Below, in pieces: positions 33,044 through 42,447 of a DNA stretch of 64,000 bases (the stretch's first letter is position 1; each line of letters starts with the position of its first letter). This stretch comes from Nocardiopsis sp. NRRL B-16309 (lineage in GTDB: Bacteria; Actinomycetota; Actinomycetes; Streptosporangiales; Streptosporangiaceae): NCBI RefSeq assembly GCF_001279585.1, contig NZ_LGEC01000103.1, positions 22,925 through 86,924 on the forward strand. The letters are read 5' to 3'. The position numbers and the translations under genes are program-made. Below the pieces are notes generated by a model. It had not been told where the DNA came from, did no database searches, and saw only the letters and a program-made list of their open reading frames with translations.

Positions 33044-36000
33044 GTGACCGAGGCCCTGGAGACCGAAGCCGGGTCGGACGCCGTGGACGCGCGGTCGCTG
33101 GACGCGGGCACCTACGAGGTGCTCCGCGCCCGGCTGCGCGACCAGACCGGCGAACTGGCCCGGCGGACCGAGGCGCTCAACGACCGGCGGCTGGAGGTGT
33201 TCGGCGGGACCGAACTGGCGCTGCTCGGCACCGAGCGCATCCGCACCGAGCACAACTGCGTCCCGCGGGACATCGTGAGCGTGGGGCGGGCCGTCGGCGC
33301 CGGCGCCGACGGCGCCATGATCCTGTTCGGCTACAACGTCTTCATCGGTATGAAGCGGGAGACCCACGTCCCCGACGTGTTCTCCCTGCACCGGTACGAA
33401 CGGGACGGTGAGGGCTTCACCTTCGCCGACGCCCCCGGCGACGCCGCCCCCGGCCTGCTGGACGACGAGCGCTTCCGGCAGGACTTCGGTCAGCTCTACC
33501 GCTACTACCGCGACGCCCACCTGCTCCAGCTGCGGAAGGTGGAGGACCGGCTGCTCGCGGTGTTCCAGACCGGCCCGCGCACCGAGGACGTGCGGGTGCT
33601 GCGCTGGTCGGTCTCGCCCGCCGGCGAGGTCGCCTACCTCGACGCGCGGGGCGAGCGCGACCACGTGTTCCCACCCTCGCACGACTTCGCGTGGGTGGAG
33701 ACCACCCGCGAGGACCACGTCGCCGGGCGGCACCCGCACATCTCGATCCTCGACGAACTGTTCGTCGAGACGCTCAACGGCGACCTCACCATCAAGGTGG
33801 AGAACAACACCGAGGTCGGCGAGGGCATCTACGCCGAGCCCGTCGACGAGCCGCTGCAGAGCCTGGCCGACGCCCAGGTGCACTACGCCAGGGTGGGCGC
33901 GCTCATCCTGATGAAGGTGCTGCCCTACAACGAGACCACGTGGCGGTACCTGGTCTTCAACACGCGTACCAAGGAGGTCGAGCGGCTCGACGGCATCGGC
34001 CAGTCCTGCCAGCGCCTGCCCGACGACCAGGGGCTCATCTTCCCCGGCGGCTACTACCTGGCCACCGGCACGGCCCGGACGTTCGACACCGACGTCACCG
34101 ACCTGGAGTTCGAGCGTGTGGTGCGCTCCCCCAACGGGGAGGACGTGCTCTACGTCTTCCACTCCCGGGAGGACGGCCGCAGCCTGCTGCTGTCGTACAA
34201 CACCATCCGCAAGGAGGTCGCCAACCCGATCGTCTGCCACGGCTACTCGCTGTTCGACGACGGCACGATGACGGTGTTCCGCGACGGAACCGGCGAGCCC
34301 ACCCGGGTGCACCCGATGCAGGTGTGGCGGACCCCGTTCGTGTCCGACGTGTACGCGGCCGCGCAGCCCGCGGGAACCGGTCCGCTGGAGCGGATCGGCA
34401 ACGCCGACCTGGTGCGCGGTGTGTCGGAGTGCCTGTCCGTGGCGCGCATCGCGAGCGACATGCGGCCCTCGACCGAGGTGTTCGAGGCGCTCATCGCCTC
34501 GTGCCGCCGGGTGTCGGACCAGTTCCACTGGCTGGGCGATCCGGAACTGGGCGACCTGGCCGAGCCGCTGTCGCAGGTGCGGGCGACCGCGGAGAAGGTC
34601 CTGGAGGAGTTCGAGACCGTCCAGGCCCTGACCCGCCAGGCCGCCGAGGCCCTGGCCGAGGCCGAGTCCCGGGCGGCCTCGCTCATCCGCACCTCGCGCG
34701 GCGAGGCGCCCCGCTCGGCGGAGGGCTGGGTGGCGCGGCTGACCGAGCTGCGCCGCGCCCAGGGGCAGGCGGCCACGCTGCGCGAGATGCGCTACGTGGA
34801 CGCCGACCGGCTGGCGGACCTCGACCACCGGATGGGCGAGGAGATCGCCGCGGCGGGCCGCCGGACGGTGGCCTTCCTCGAACAGGACGACGCGTTCGCC
34901 GGATACCACTCCGAGGTCGACCGGCTGGTGGCGGACGCCGAGGCGATCGACGCGGTCACGGCCGCGACGGCCGTCGGCGAGCGCATCGCCGAGCAGACCG
35001 AGGGCCTGCAGGTGGTCACCGAGGTCATCGGGTCGCTCGACATCGGCGACGCCCAGGTGCGCACGCGCATCCTGGAGCGGATCAGCGAGGTGATGGGCGG
35101 GATCAACCGGGCCCGCGCCACGCTGGAGTCGCGGCGCAAGGAGCTGCTGGCCCTGGAGGGCCGGGCCGAGTTCGCCGCCGAGTTCTCCCTGCTCGGGCAG
35201 GCCATCACGGGGGCGCTGGCCGCCGCCGACTCCCCGGACCGGTGCGACGAGCAGCTCGGCCGGATCATGCTCCAGCTGGAGAACCTGGAGTCGCGCTTCG
35301 CCGAGTTCGACGACTTCCTCGGGGAGCTGTCGGACAAGCGGGAGGACGTCTACGAGGCGTTCTCCACCCGCAAGCAGTCGCTGGTCGACGAGCGGTCCCG
35401 GCGGGCCGACCGGCTGGCGTCGTCGGCCGCGCGGGTGCTGGAGGGCGTGCACCGGCGGGTGTCGACGCTGTCGACGCTGGAGGACATCAACACCTACTTC
35501 GCCTCCGACGCGATGGTCACCCGGCTGCGCCGCACCGTCGAGGAGATGCGCGCGCTCGGCGACACCGTGCGCGCCGAGGAGCTGGACGGGCAGATCCTGG
35601 CCGCCCGGCAGGAGGCGGGCCGGGCGCTGCGGGACCGCGCCGACCTGTTCGAGGGCGGTGCGGGCGGGGAGACCATCCGCCTCGGTCGGCACCGGTTCGC
35701 GGTCAACACCCAGCCCGTCGACCTCACGCTCACCCCGCACCAGGGGGAGATGTCGGTGGCCGTCACCGGCACCGACTTCCGGGCGCCGGTCACCGACGAG
35801 GCGTTCCAGGAGACCCGGTACCTGTGGGACCGGATGCTGGTGTCGGAGAGCGAGCGGGTGTACCGGGCCGAGTACCTGGCCACCTCGATCCTGGCCGCCG
35901 CCGAGGAGGGCGCGGACGGTTCGAGCCTGCGGGCGCTGGTCGAGGCGGACGTGCAGTCCGAGAACGGGTCGCTCCTGGACATCGTGCGCGGGGTCGCCGA

Positions 36001-38068
36001 GACCCGGTACGACGAGGGCTACGAGCGGGGCGTGCACGACCACGACGCCGCCCGGATCCTGTCCGCGCTGCTGCGGCTGCGGACCGGTGCCGGACTGCTG
36101 CGCTATCCCGGGCCCGTGCGCGCGGTGGCCCAGCTGTTCTGGGCCTACGGGACCGACGAGGACCAGCGGGCGGCCTGGCGCACCCGCGCCGGGTCGCTGG
36201 CCCGCGCGCGTGAGGTGTTCGGGGCGCGCCGGTCGGCGGCCATCGACGGCCTGCGCGGGGAGCTGGCCCGGGGCGTGGACGCGTTCCTCACCGAGACCGG
36301 GCTGTACCAGGACACCGAACTGGACCTGGTGGGCGAGTACCTCTTCGAGGAGCTGGCCGCGGACGGCCCCTCCGAGCGCGGATTCGTGTCCGGCGCGGGG
36401 GCCAGGCTGCTCCTGGACCGGTTCCACCGGGCGCTGGGCAGCGCCCAGGAGACCACGCGCCGGGCCTTCGCCGAGGACCTGCGCCGGCTCGACGGCGACG
36501 TCGCGGCGCGGCACCAGCTGGTGTCGGCGTGGCTGGAGGCGTTCGCGAGCACCCTGGAGGAGGGCTCGTTCGACGCCGGGGACCTGCCCGAGGCGGCCGT
36601 GATCGAGCTGACCGGGCCCGAGGTGGAGCGGTACGAGTCCTCGGCGGCGGTGCACGAGAGGGTGACCGGGCTGCTGGGCTCGCACCCGCGGGTGCGCGAG
36701 CGGTCGCTGGACGTGCGCCTGGACGAGATCCTGCCGCGTACCCGCGCGTTCCGGCAGCGGGACGTGCCCGCCTACCGGGACTTCCAGCGGCGGCGCAACG
36801 AGCTGGTGGCCGCCGAGCGCGAACGGCTGCGGCTGGAGGAGTACAAGCCGAAGGTGATGAGCGGGTTCGTCCGCAACCGGCTGCTGGACGAGTCGTACCT
36901 GCCGCTGATCGGCGACAACCTGGCCAAGCAGCTGGGCGCGGCCGGCGACGACAAGCGCACGGACCAGAGCGGTCTGCTGCTGCTCATCTCCCCGCCCGGG
37001 TACGGCAAGACCACGCTGATGGAGTACGTGGCGAGCCGCCTGGGCCTGGTGTTCGTGAAGGTGAACGGACCGGCGCTGGGGCACGCGGTGACCTCGCTCG
37101 ACCCGGCGGAGGCGCCGGACGCCACGTCGCGCCAGGAGGTCGAGAAGATCTCCTTCGCGCTGGAGATGGGCAGCAACACGATGCTGTACCTGGACGACAT
37201 CCAGCACACCAACCCGGAGCTGCTGCAGAAGTTCATCTCGCTCTGTGACGGCCAGCGCCGGATGGAGGGCGTGTGGGAGGGCCGCACCCGCACCTACGAC
37301 CTGCGGGGCAAGCGGTTCGCTGTGTGCATGGCCGGCAACCCCTACACCGAGCAGGGCAAGAAGTTCCGGATCCCGGACATGCTGGCCAACCGCGCCGACG
37401 TGTACAACCTGGGCGACGTGCTCTCCGGCAAGGAGGAGCTGTTCGCGCTCAGCTACATCGAGAACGCGCTCACCTCCAACCCGACCCTGTCGCCGCTGTC
37501 GTCGCGCGACCGCGAGGACGTGTACACGTTCGTGCGGATGGCGCGGGGCGACGACTCGGTCGGCACGGACGAGCTGAAGCACCCGTACTCGGCGACCGAG
37601 GTGGAGCGGATCCTGTCCGTCCTGCGCAAGCTGCTGCGGGTCCAGGAGGTGGTGCTGGCCAACAACCAGGCCTACATCGCCTCGGCCGCGCAGTCCGAGG
37701 ACGCGCGCTCGGAGCCGCCGTTCCAGCTGCAGGGGTCGTACCGGAACATGAACCGGCTGGCGGAGAAGATCGTTCCGGTGATGAACGACGCCGAGGTGGA
37801 GGCCGCGATCGACGACCACTACCTGGGCGAGGCGCAGACCCTGACCTCGGGCGCGGAGGCCAACCTGCTCAAGCTCGCCGAGCTGCGCGGGGTGATGACG
37901 CCGGAGCAGAAGACCCGGTGGGAGGAGGTCAAGGCGGGCTTCCTGCGCGGACGCGCGCTGGGCGGCTCCGAGGACGACCCGATGACCCGGGCGATCGGGG
38001 CGATGGGCCTGCTCGCCGACCGGGTCGGCTCCATCGGCTCCGCCATCGACCGCGCCGCCGAACGGTAG
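33044..38068 (+). CDS. 1674-aa multidomain protein: beta-rich N-terminal domain, about 800-aa helical middle, C-terminal MoxR/dynein-type (AAA_5-like) AAA+ ATPase
   Basis: GTG start lies 11 bp after the flotillin stop and follows GTGAGGTAG. Walker A is LLLISPPGYGKTTLMEY and Walker B is MLYLDDIQHTNPELLQKFISL. Sensor and arginine-finger regions (FAVCMAGNPYTE ... FRIPDMLANRADVYNL) match the MoxR/dynein DEINRA...NP...LPEALLDRF pattern. Confidence 0.85.
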   Translation: MTEALETEAGSDAVDARSLDAGTYEVLRARLRDQTGELARRTEALNDRRLEVFGGTELALLGTERIRTEHNCVPRDIVSVGRAVGAGADGAMILFGYNVFIGMKRETHVPDVFSLHRYERDGEGFTFADAPGDAAPGLLDDERFRQDFGQLYRYYRDAHLLQLRKVEDRLLAVFQTGPRTEDVRVLRWSVSPAGEVAYLDARGERDHVFPPSHDFAWVETTREDHVAGRHPHISILDELFVETLNGDLTIKVENNTEVGEGIYAEPVDEPLQSLADAQVHYARVGALILMKVLPYNETTWRYLVFNTRTKEVERLDGIGQSCQRLPDDQGLIFPGGYYLATGTARTFDTDVTDLEFERVVRSPNGEDVLYVFHSREDGRSLLLSYNTIRKEVANPIVCHGYSLFDDGTMTVFRDGTGEPTRVHPMQVWRTPFVSDVYAAAQPAGTGPLERIGNADLVRGVSECLSVARIASDMRPSTEVFEALIASCRRVSDQFHWLGDPELGDLAEPLSQVRATAEKVLEEFETVQALTRQAAEALAEAESRAASLIRTSRGEAPRSAEGWVARLTELRRAQGQAATLREMRYVDADRLADLDHRMGEEIAAAGRRTVAFLEQDDAFAGYHSEVDRLVADAEAIDAVTAATAVGERIAEQTEGLQVVTEVIGSLDIGDAQVRTRILERISEVMGGINRARATLESRRKELLALEGRAEFAAEFSLLGQAITGALAAADSPDRCDEQLGRIMLQLENLESRFAEFDDFLGELSDKREDVYEAFSTRKQSLVDERSRRADRLASSAARVLEGVHRRVSTLSTLEDINTYFASDAMVTRLRRTVEEMRALGDTVRAEELDGQILAARQEAGRALRDRADLFEGGAGGETIRLGRHRFAVNTQPVDLTLTPHQGEMSVAVTGTDFRAPVTDEAFQETRYLWDRMLVSESERVYRAEYLATSILAAAEEGADGSSLRALVEADVQSENGSLLDIVRGVAETRYDEGYERGVHDHDAARILSALLRLRTGAGLLRYPGPVRAVAQLFWAYGTDEDQRAAWRTRAGSLARAREVFGARRSAAIDGLRGELARGVDAFLTETGLYQDTELDLVGEYLFEELAADGPSERGFVSGAGARLLLDRFHRALGSAQETTRRAFAEDLRRLDGDVAARHQLVSAWLEAFASTLEEGSFDAGDLPEAAVIELTGPEVERYESSAAVHERVTGLLGSHPRVRERSLDVRLDEILPRTRAFRQRDVPAYRDFQRRRNELVAAERERLRLEEYKPKVMSGFVRNRLLDESYLPLIGDNLAKQLGAAGDDKRTDQSGLLLLISPPGYGKTTLMEYVASRLGLVFVKVNGPALGHAVTSLDPAEAPDATSRQEVEKISFALEMGSNTMLYLDDIQHTNPELLQKFISLCDGQRRMEGVWEGRTRTYDLRGKRFAVCMAGNPYTEQGKKFRIPDMLANRADVYNLGDVLSGKEELFALSYIENALTSNPTLSPLSSRDREDVYTFVRMARGDDSVGTDELKHPYSATEVERILSVLRKLLRVQEVVLANNQAYIASAAQSEDARSEPPFQLQGSYRNMNRLAEKIVPVMNDAEVEAAIDDHYLGEAQTLTSGAEANLLKLAELRGVMTPEQKTRWEEVKAGFLRGRALGGSEDDPMTRAIGAMGLLADRVGSIGSAIDRAAER

Positions 38069-38151
38069 CCGGACCGGGAGTCCGGGCCTCGGGGCCCGGG
38101 GGAACCGGTGGCCCCGGGGCTGCGAGAGTCCGGGGCCGGGCCCCGGACGTC

Positions 38152-38177
38152 GTGGGGCCGCCGTCCGGCGGCCCCAC
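38152..38177. terminator. bidirectional terminator hairpin GTGGGGCCGCCG-tc-CGGCGGCCCCAC between convergent genes
   Basis: Perfect 12-bp stem located between the giant ATPase stop (38068) and the SUFU gene stop (38180). Confidence 0.6.
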
Positions 38178-38179
38178 GC

Positions 38180-38782
38180 TCAGAGGCGGACGGGCTCGCG
38201 CCGGGGGTCCGTGACCATCTTCGGGTCGCGGTCGCGCAGGAGCGCCATGAGGGGGGCGACGGTGTCGGCCCGCTGGGCCTCCTCGCCCTCCTCCGCCAGG
38301 AGCCCGACGATCTGGAAGAACAGCACGAGCCCGTTGTCGGTGTCCAGGAACCGCAGGTCGACGTCGGGGACGATCGCGAGCGAGGTCATGTCGCCGTTGG
38401 CCGGGTCGCCGCCCAGCGGCGAGGGGGTGACGATCCAGTGGCCGACGTCCAGGTCGACTCCGTCGAGGAAGCGGTCGGCCAGGGCGTGCAGGACGCGCAG
38501 GATCCACGCCGGAACCGACCTGTCGTCGGCCTCCCGCGGGATCCGGCAGGTGAACTCGAAGCCGGCGCCGGAGACGGCGGCCTGCTCGCTGGTCTTCTCC
38601 CCCAGCTCGGTCAGGCCGAAGGTGACCAGCAGCCAGTGCCCGTCCAGCGGGTAGGCGAGGACACCGTCGAGGCCGCCCTTCTCGCCGTCCGCGGCGAACT
38701 GGACGGTCAGCGGTTCGACGCCGGGGTAGCGCTCGGCCCACCCCTCATAGATCCGGACGAGCCCGGGCAGCATCTCCAGCAT
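38180..38782 (-). CDS. suppressor-of-fused (SUFU) domain protein
   Basis: Bacterial Sufu-like domain residues (LVRIYEGWAERYP...LAYPLDGHWLLVTFGLTELGEK...GFEFTCRIP). ATG at 38782 chosen; ATG 38827 is an alternative. Confidence 0.65.
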   Translation of the reverse strand: MLEMLPGLVRIYEGWAERYPGVEPLTVQFAADGEKGGLDGVLAYPLDGHWLLVTFGLTELGEKTSEQAAVSGAGFEFTCRIPREADDRSVPAWILRVLHALADRFLDGVDLDVGHWIVTPSPLGGDPANGDMTSLAIVPDVDLRFLDTDNGLVLFFQIVGLLAEEGEEAQRADTVAPLMALLRDRDPKMVTDPRREPVRL

Positions 38783-38881
38783 GGTGTCGTGGCCCCCCAC
38801 ATCAGGTGTTCGTGCACGTCCGAGCATAGGAGCGCGCGGCGGGCGCCGGGGACGCCGATCCGCCCGGCGGCGCCGACGGCC

Positions 38882-39580
38882 TCAGATCTCGCAGGCCAGC
38901 CGCCATCCGCCCTCGTCGTAGACCCAGTACTCGCCCCCGCCGTCCAGTGACTCGTACTCGGCTCCGACCGGCAGTCCGGTCACCTCCCCCGCCGCCTCGG
39001 CCGCACGGAGCAGGTCCGCGGCCAGCCAGTACGCGTGGTGCGCCGCCTCGGACTCCCACCGCACGGGTTCGAGCGCGGTCCAGTAGTGGCCGTCGGGGTC
39101 GAACCGCGACGACCAGGCGTCCTCCCCGGGACACGCCCAGTCCAGCGGCCGGTGCACCGCCCCAGGGCCCAGACCCGCGTCGGCGAACTCACGCCGCCTG
39201 CCGCACACGGGGCAGGGGCCCGGGTCCAGGGGCGCGAAGCGGAACATCAGCCAGTGCAGGTCGATGATGCTGTGCTCCCGGACCCGGGGAAAGCCGGGAC
39301 CGGCCTCCTCTCCCGGGTGGCCGCAGTCGGGGCAGCGGGGCTCCGGCGGCCGGCGCCCCGTCCCCGGGGTCCGGGCCCCGGGCCAGCCCGAGGGCCACAG
39401 GCCCGCGCAGCGCGGGCACAGGTACTGGCGGCGGCGCGGACCGGTGCGGCCGGGGACGGGCCGGGGCGCGGGTTCGCGCGGCGCCCGTTCGTGCTCGGCA
39501 CGCCGGCGCTCGTCCTCCGCCTCCCGGGGGCCGCCGCGGTAGGGACCGGCGGCGGCGTCCCCCGGCACCCGCCTGACCAT
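38882..39580 (-). CDS. hypothetical protein with two CxxC...CxxC zinc-ribbon motifs
   Basis: CPRC...CPDC and CPVC...C motifs with an acidic C-terminal domain. ATG at 39580. The N-terminal extension in the 346-aa ORF is Arg/Pro low complexity and is presumed noncoding. Confidence 0.5.
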   Translation of the reverse strand: MVRRVPGDAAAGPYRGGPREAEDERRRAEHERAPREPAPRPVPGRTGPRRRQYLCPRCAGLWPSGWPGARTPGTGRRPPEPRCPDCGHPGEEAGPGFPRVREHSIIDLHWLMFRFAPLDPGPCPVCGRRREFADAGLGPGAVHRPLDWACPGEDAWSSRFDPDGHYWTALEPVRWESEAAHHAYWLAADLLRAAEAAGEVTGLPVGAEYESLDGGGEYWVYDEGGWRLACEI

Positions 39581-39842
39581 GGCTCCATCATCTCTCGCCG
39601 CCCCCGCGCAGGCCAGACCGCCAGGCCGCCGCCCCGGTGACCGGCCCCGGCCACGCGGGTCGTCCGAGGGTGCGCCCGGCCCGACCGCGGTGGGTGACCG
39701 GCGACGCCGGGTCGCGGAAACCGGGAGCGTTCCCACCCGCGGCCGGGGAAGTCCGATATACCTACACAGCAGGCTTTTTGTCTCTCCTGCGTGAGTTTGT
39801 GGACACAAGTCGCTCCCAGTGCTGGCGTCTCCTACTACTGGG

Positions 39843-39864
39843 TAGTAACATTGACTTGTTACTA
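39843..39864. promoter_or_regulatory. 22-bp palindrome TAGTAACA-TTGAC-TTGTTACTA in the AT-richer region 57 bp upstream of fadE
   Basis: Inverted repeat seen directly; a candidate operator for a TetR/FadR-type fatty-acid regulator. Confidence 0.45.
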
Positions 39865-39920
39865 GTCGGTAGATCCGCGTGTACAGACACCGCGGCCAGG
39901 GACACACAGCGGAGCTGTCC

Positions 39921-41738
39921 ATGACGCATTACAAGAGCAACCTGCGCGACATCGAGTTCAACCTCTTCGAACTCTTCAACCGCCAGGACGTACTGGGCAA
40001 GGGCCCCTTCCAGGAGCTCGACGAGGAGACGGCACGGACCATCCTCGGCGAGGTCAACCGCCTGGCCACGGGCGTCGTCGCCGAGTCCTTCGAGGACGCC
40101 GACCGCAACCCGCCGGTCTTCGACCCCAAGACCAACACCGTCACCGTCCCCGAGAGCCTGAAGAAGTCCTACCAGGCCTACATGGACGCCGGCTGGTACA
40201 ACCTCGACCTCCCCCCCGAGCTGGACGGCCTGGGCGCCCCCCGCTCCCTGGTGTGGTCCGCCGCCGAGCTCGTCCTCGGCTCGAACCCCGCCGTCCACAT
40301 GTACTCCGCCGGCCCGGGCTTCGCGAGCATCCTGTACTCCGAGGGCAACGAGAAGCAGAAGGAGTTCGCCAAGCTCGCCATCGAGCGCGGCTGGGGCGCC
40401 ACCATGGTCCTGACCGAGCCGGACGCCGGCTCGGACGTCGGCGCGGGCCGCACCAAGGCCACCGACCAGGGCGACGGCACCTGGCACATCGAGGGCGTGA
40501 AGCGCTTCATCACCTCGGCCGAGCACGACATGAGCGAGAACATCTTCCACCTGGTGCTGGCGCGCCCCGAGGGCGCCGGCCCCGGTACCAAGGGCCTCTC
40601 GCTCTACCTGGTCCCCAAGTACCTGGTCAACGAGGACGGTTCGCTCGGTGAGCGCAACGGCGCCTACGTGACCAACGTCGAGCACAAGATGGGCCTCAAG
40701 GCCTCCACCACGTGCGAGCTGACCTTCGGCGACAAGCACCCCGCCATCGGCTACCTCGTCGGCGACAAGCACGACGGCATCCGCCAGATGTTCCTCATCA
40801 TCGAGTACGCGCGGATGATGGTCGGGACGAAGGCGATCGCCACCCTCTCCACCGGCTACCTCAACGCGCTGGAGTACGCCAAGGAGCGGGTCCAGGGCAA
40901 CGACCTGGCCGGGGAGAAGGACTCCCCCAAGGTCACCATCACCCACCACCCGGACGTGCGCCGCAGCCTCATGACGCAGAAGGCCTACGTCGAGGCCATG
41001 CGCTCGCTGGTGCTCTACACCGCCACCCAGCAGGACGCGATCCAGATCGCCAAGGACGCCGGTGAGGACGTCACCGAGCTGGAGGCCATGAACGACCTCC
41101 TGCTGCCGATCGTCAAGGGCGTGGGCTCCGAGCGCTCCTACGCGCTGCTCGCCGAGTCCCTCCAGACCCTGGGCGGCTCCGGGTTCCTGCAGGAGTACCC
41201 GATCGAGCAGTACATCCGCGACGCCAAGATCGACACCCTCTACGAGGGCACCACCGCGATCCAGGCCCAGGACTTCTTCTTCCGCAAGATCGTCCGCAAC
41301 GGCGGCGTGGCCCTGGGCAAGCTCGCCGGCGAGATCAAGGACTTCGCGCGCAGCGAGGCCGGCAACGGCCAGCTCAAGGAGGAGCGCGCGCTGCTCCTGG
41401 AGGCGGCCGAGAACGTCGAGGAGATGGTGGGCCTCATGGTCAACCACGCGATGGCCGCCGCCGAGGACAAGCGCGAGCTGTACAAGGTGGGCCTGAACTC
41501 CACGCGTCTGCTCTTCGCCTTCGGCGACGTCGTCCTCGCCTGGCTGCTGCTGCGCCAGGCCGAGGTCGCGCTGACCAAGGTCGACGGCGCCGACGCCGCG
41601 GACCGGGACTTCTACACCGGCAAGATCGCCGCCGCGCGCTTCTTCGCCGACCAGTTCCTGCCGCGCCTGGCCGCCGAGCTCAAGATCGCCCAGGGCGTGA
41701 ACCTGGACATCATGGACGTCCCCGAGTCCGCCTTCTAG
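39921..41738 (+). CDS. fadE: acyl-CoA dehydrogenase, long FadE5/AidB-like type (about 605 aa)
   Basis: ACAD N-terminal, middle and C-terminal domains are present ([20 protein letters not shown]; [12 protein letters not shown]) plus a C-terminal extension. ATG follows GGAG. Confidence 0.92.
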   Translation: MTHYKSNLRDIEFNLFELFNRQDVLGKGPFQELDEETARTILGEVNRLATGVVAESFEDADRNPPVFDPKTNTVTVPESLKKSYQAYMDAGWYNLDLPPELDGLGAPRSLVWSAAELVLGSNPAVHMYSAGPGFASILYSEGNEKQKEFAKLAIERGWGATMVLTEPDAGSDVGAGRTKATDQGDGTWHIEGVKRFITSAEHDMSENIFHLVLARPEGAGPGTKGLSLYLVPKYLVNEDGSLGERNGAYVTNVEHKMGLKASTTCELTFGDKHPAIGYLVGDKHDGIRQMFLIIEYARMMVGTKAIATLSTGYLNALEYAKERVQGNDLAGEKDSPKVTITHHPDVRRSLMTQKAYVEAMRSLVLYTATQQDAIQIAKDAGEDVTELEAMNDLLLPIVKGVGSERSYALLAESLQTLGGSGFLQEYPIEQYIRDAKIDTLYEGTTAIQAQDFFFRKIVRNGGVALGKLAGEIKDFARSEAGNGQLKEERALLLEAAENVEEMVGLMVNHAMAAAEDKRELYKVGLNSTRLLFAFGDVVLAWLLLRQAEVALTKVDGADAADRDFYTGKIAAARFFADQFLPRLAAELKIAQGVNLDIMDVPESAF

Positions 41739-41774
41739 GGCCCACGCCCCAGAAGGACGACAGAGCGACGTGAC

Positions 41775-41803
41775 GGGCGGGACGGCCTCCGGGCCGCCCG
41801 CCC
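41775..41803 (+). terminator. terminator-like hairpin GGGCGGGACGGCC-tcc-GGGCCGCCCGCCC followed by GTTCGTG
   Basis: Lies 37 bp after the fadE stop. Confidence 0.55.
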
Positions 41804-41932
41804 GTTCGTGCTGCCCGGCTCACGCGGTACGCAGTCGCTCGACCGGCTGCCCGGGCACTCCCGGACCCGGCCCATGAGGTCGGGGTCAGGACTCGCCCTG
41901 TTCGGCGGACACCCGGACCCCCGTCAGGACTC

Positions 41933-42346
41933 CTAGGGGCCATCGCCCGCGGACAGCTGACGCATCATGCCCGCGGCGTCCGAGACGACCCAGTACTCCG
42001 CGAAGCGGCCGTCGACGGCCCGGAAGACGTCGCTGCCCACGAGCGAGGCCGGTGTACCGGGCGGGGCGTCCGCACCGGGGATCCCGCCCCGGTAGGAGCC
42101 GTGGAAGGTCCAGTAGGCGGCGACCATGCCGTCCCCGACCACCGGGCCCACGTCCAGGGTGGTGCGGACGTCGTCGAAGTACTCGTGCGAGCGCCGGACC
42201 TGTTCCACGGCCCCGGCGGGACCGTGGACGTCGAATCCCGGCCAGTGCCCGACGAAGTCCGGGGCGAGGATGTGGTCGGCGACGGCGAAGTCGCCCGCCC
42301 ACACCTCGAAGAGCCAGCGGCGGTAGAGGGCCTCGATCTCGTGCAT
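41933..42346 (-). CDS. SnoaL-like / NTF2-like ester cyclase family protein
   Basis: NTF2-fold pattern EALYRRWLFEVWAGDFAVADHILAPDFVGH. Confidence 0.7.
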   Translation of the reverse strand: MHEIEALYRRWLFEVWAGDFAVADHILAPDFVGHWPGFDVHGPAGAVEQVRRSHEYFDDVRTTLDVGPVVGDGMVAAYWTFHGSYRGGIPGADAPPGTPASLVGSDVFRAVDGRFAEYWVVSDAAGMMRQLSAGDGP

Positions 42347-42447
42347 GTCCCCCGCCTACCCACTCCCCGGCGGACGGCACCCGTGCCGGTCCGCGCGGGC
42401 GGCGCGGGCGGCACAGGACGAACGGGACGGCCGCCTGCCGGGGCGGC

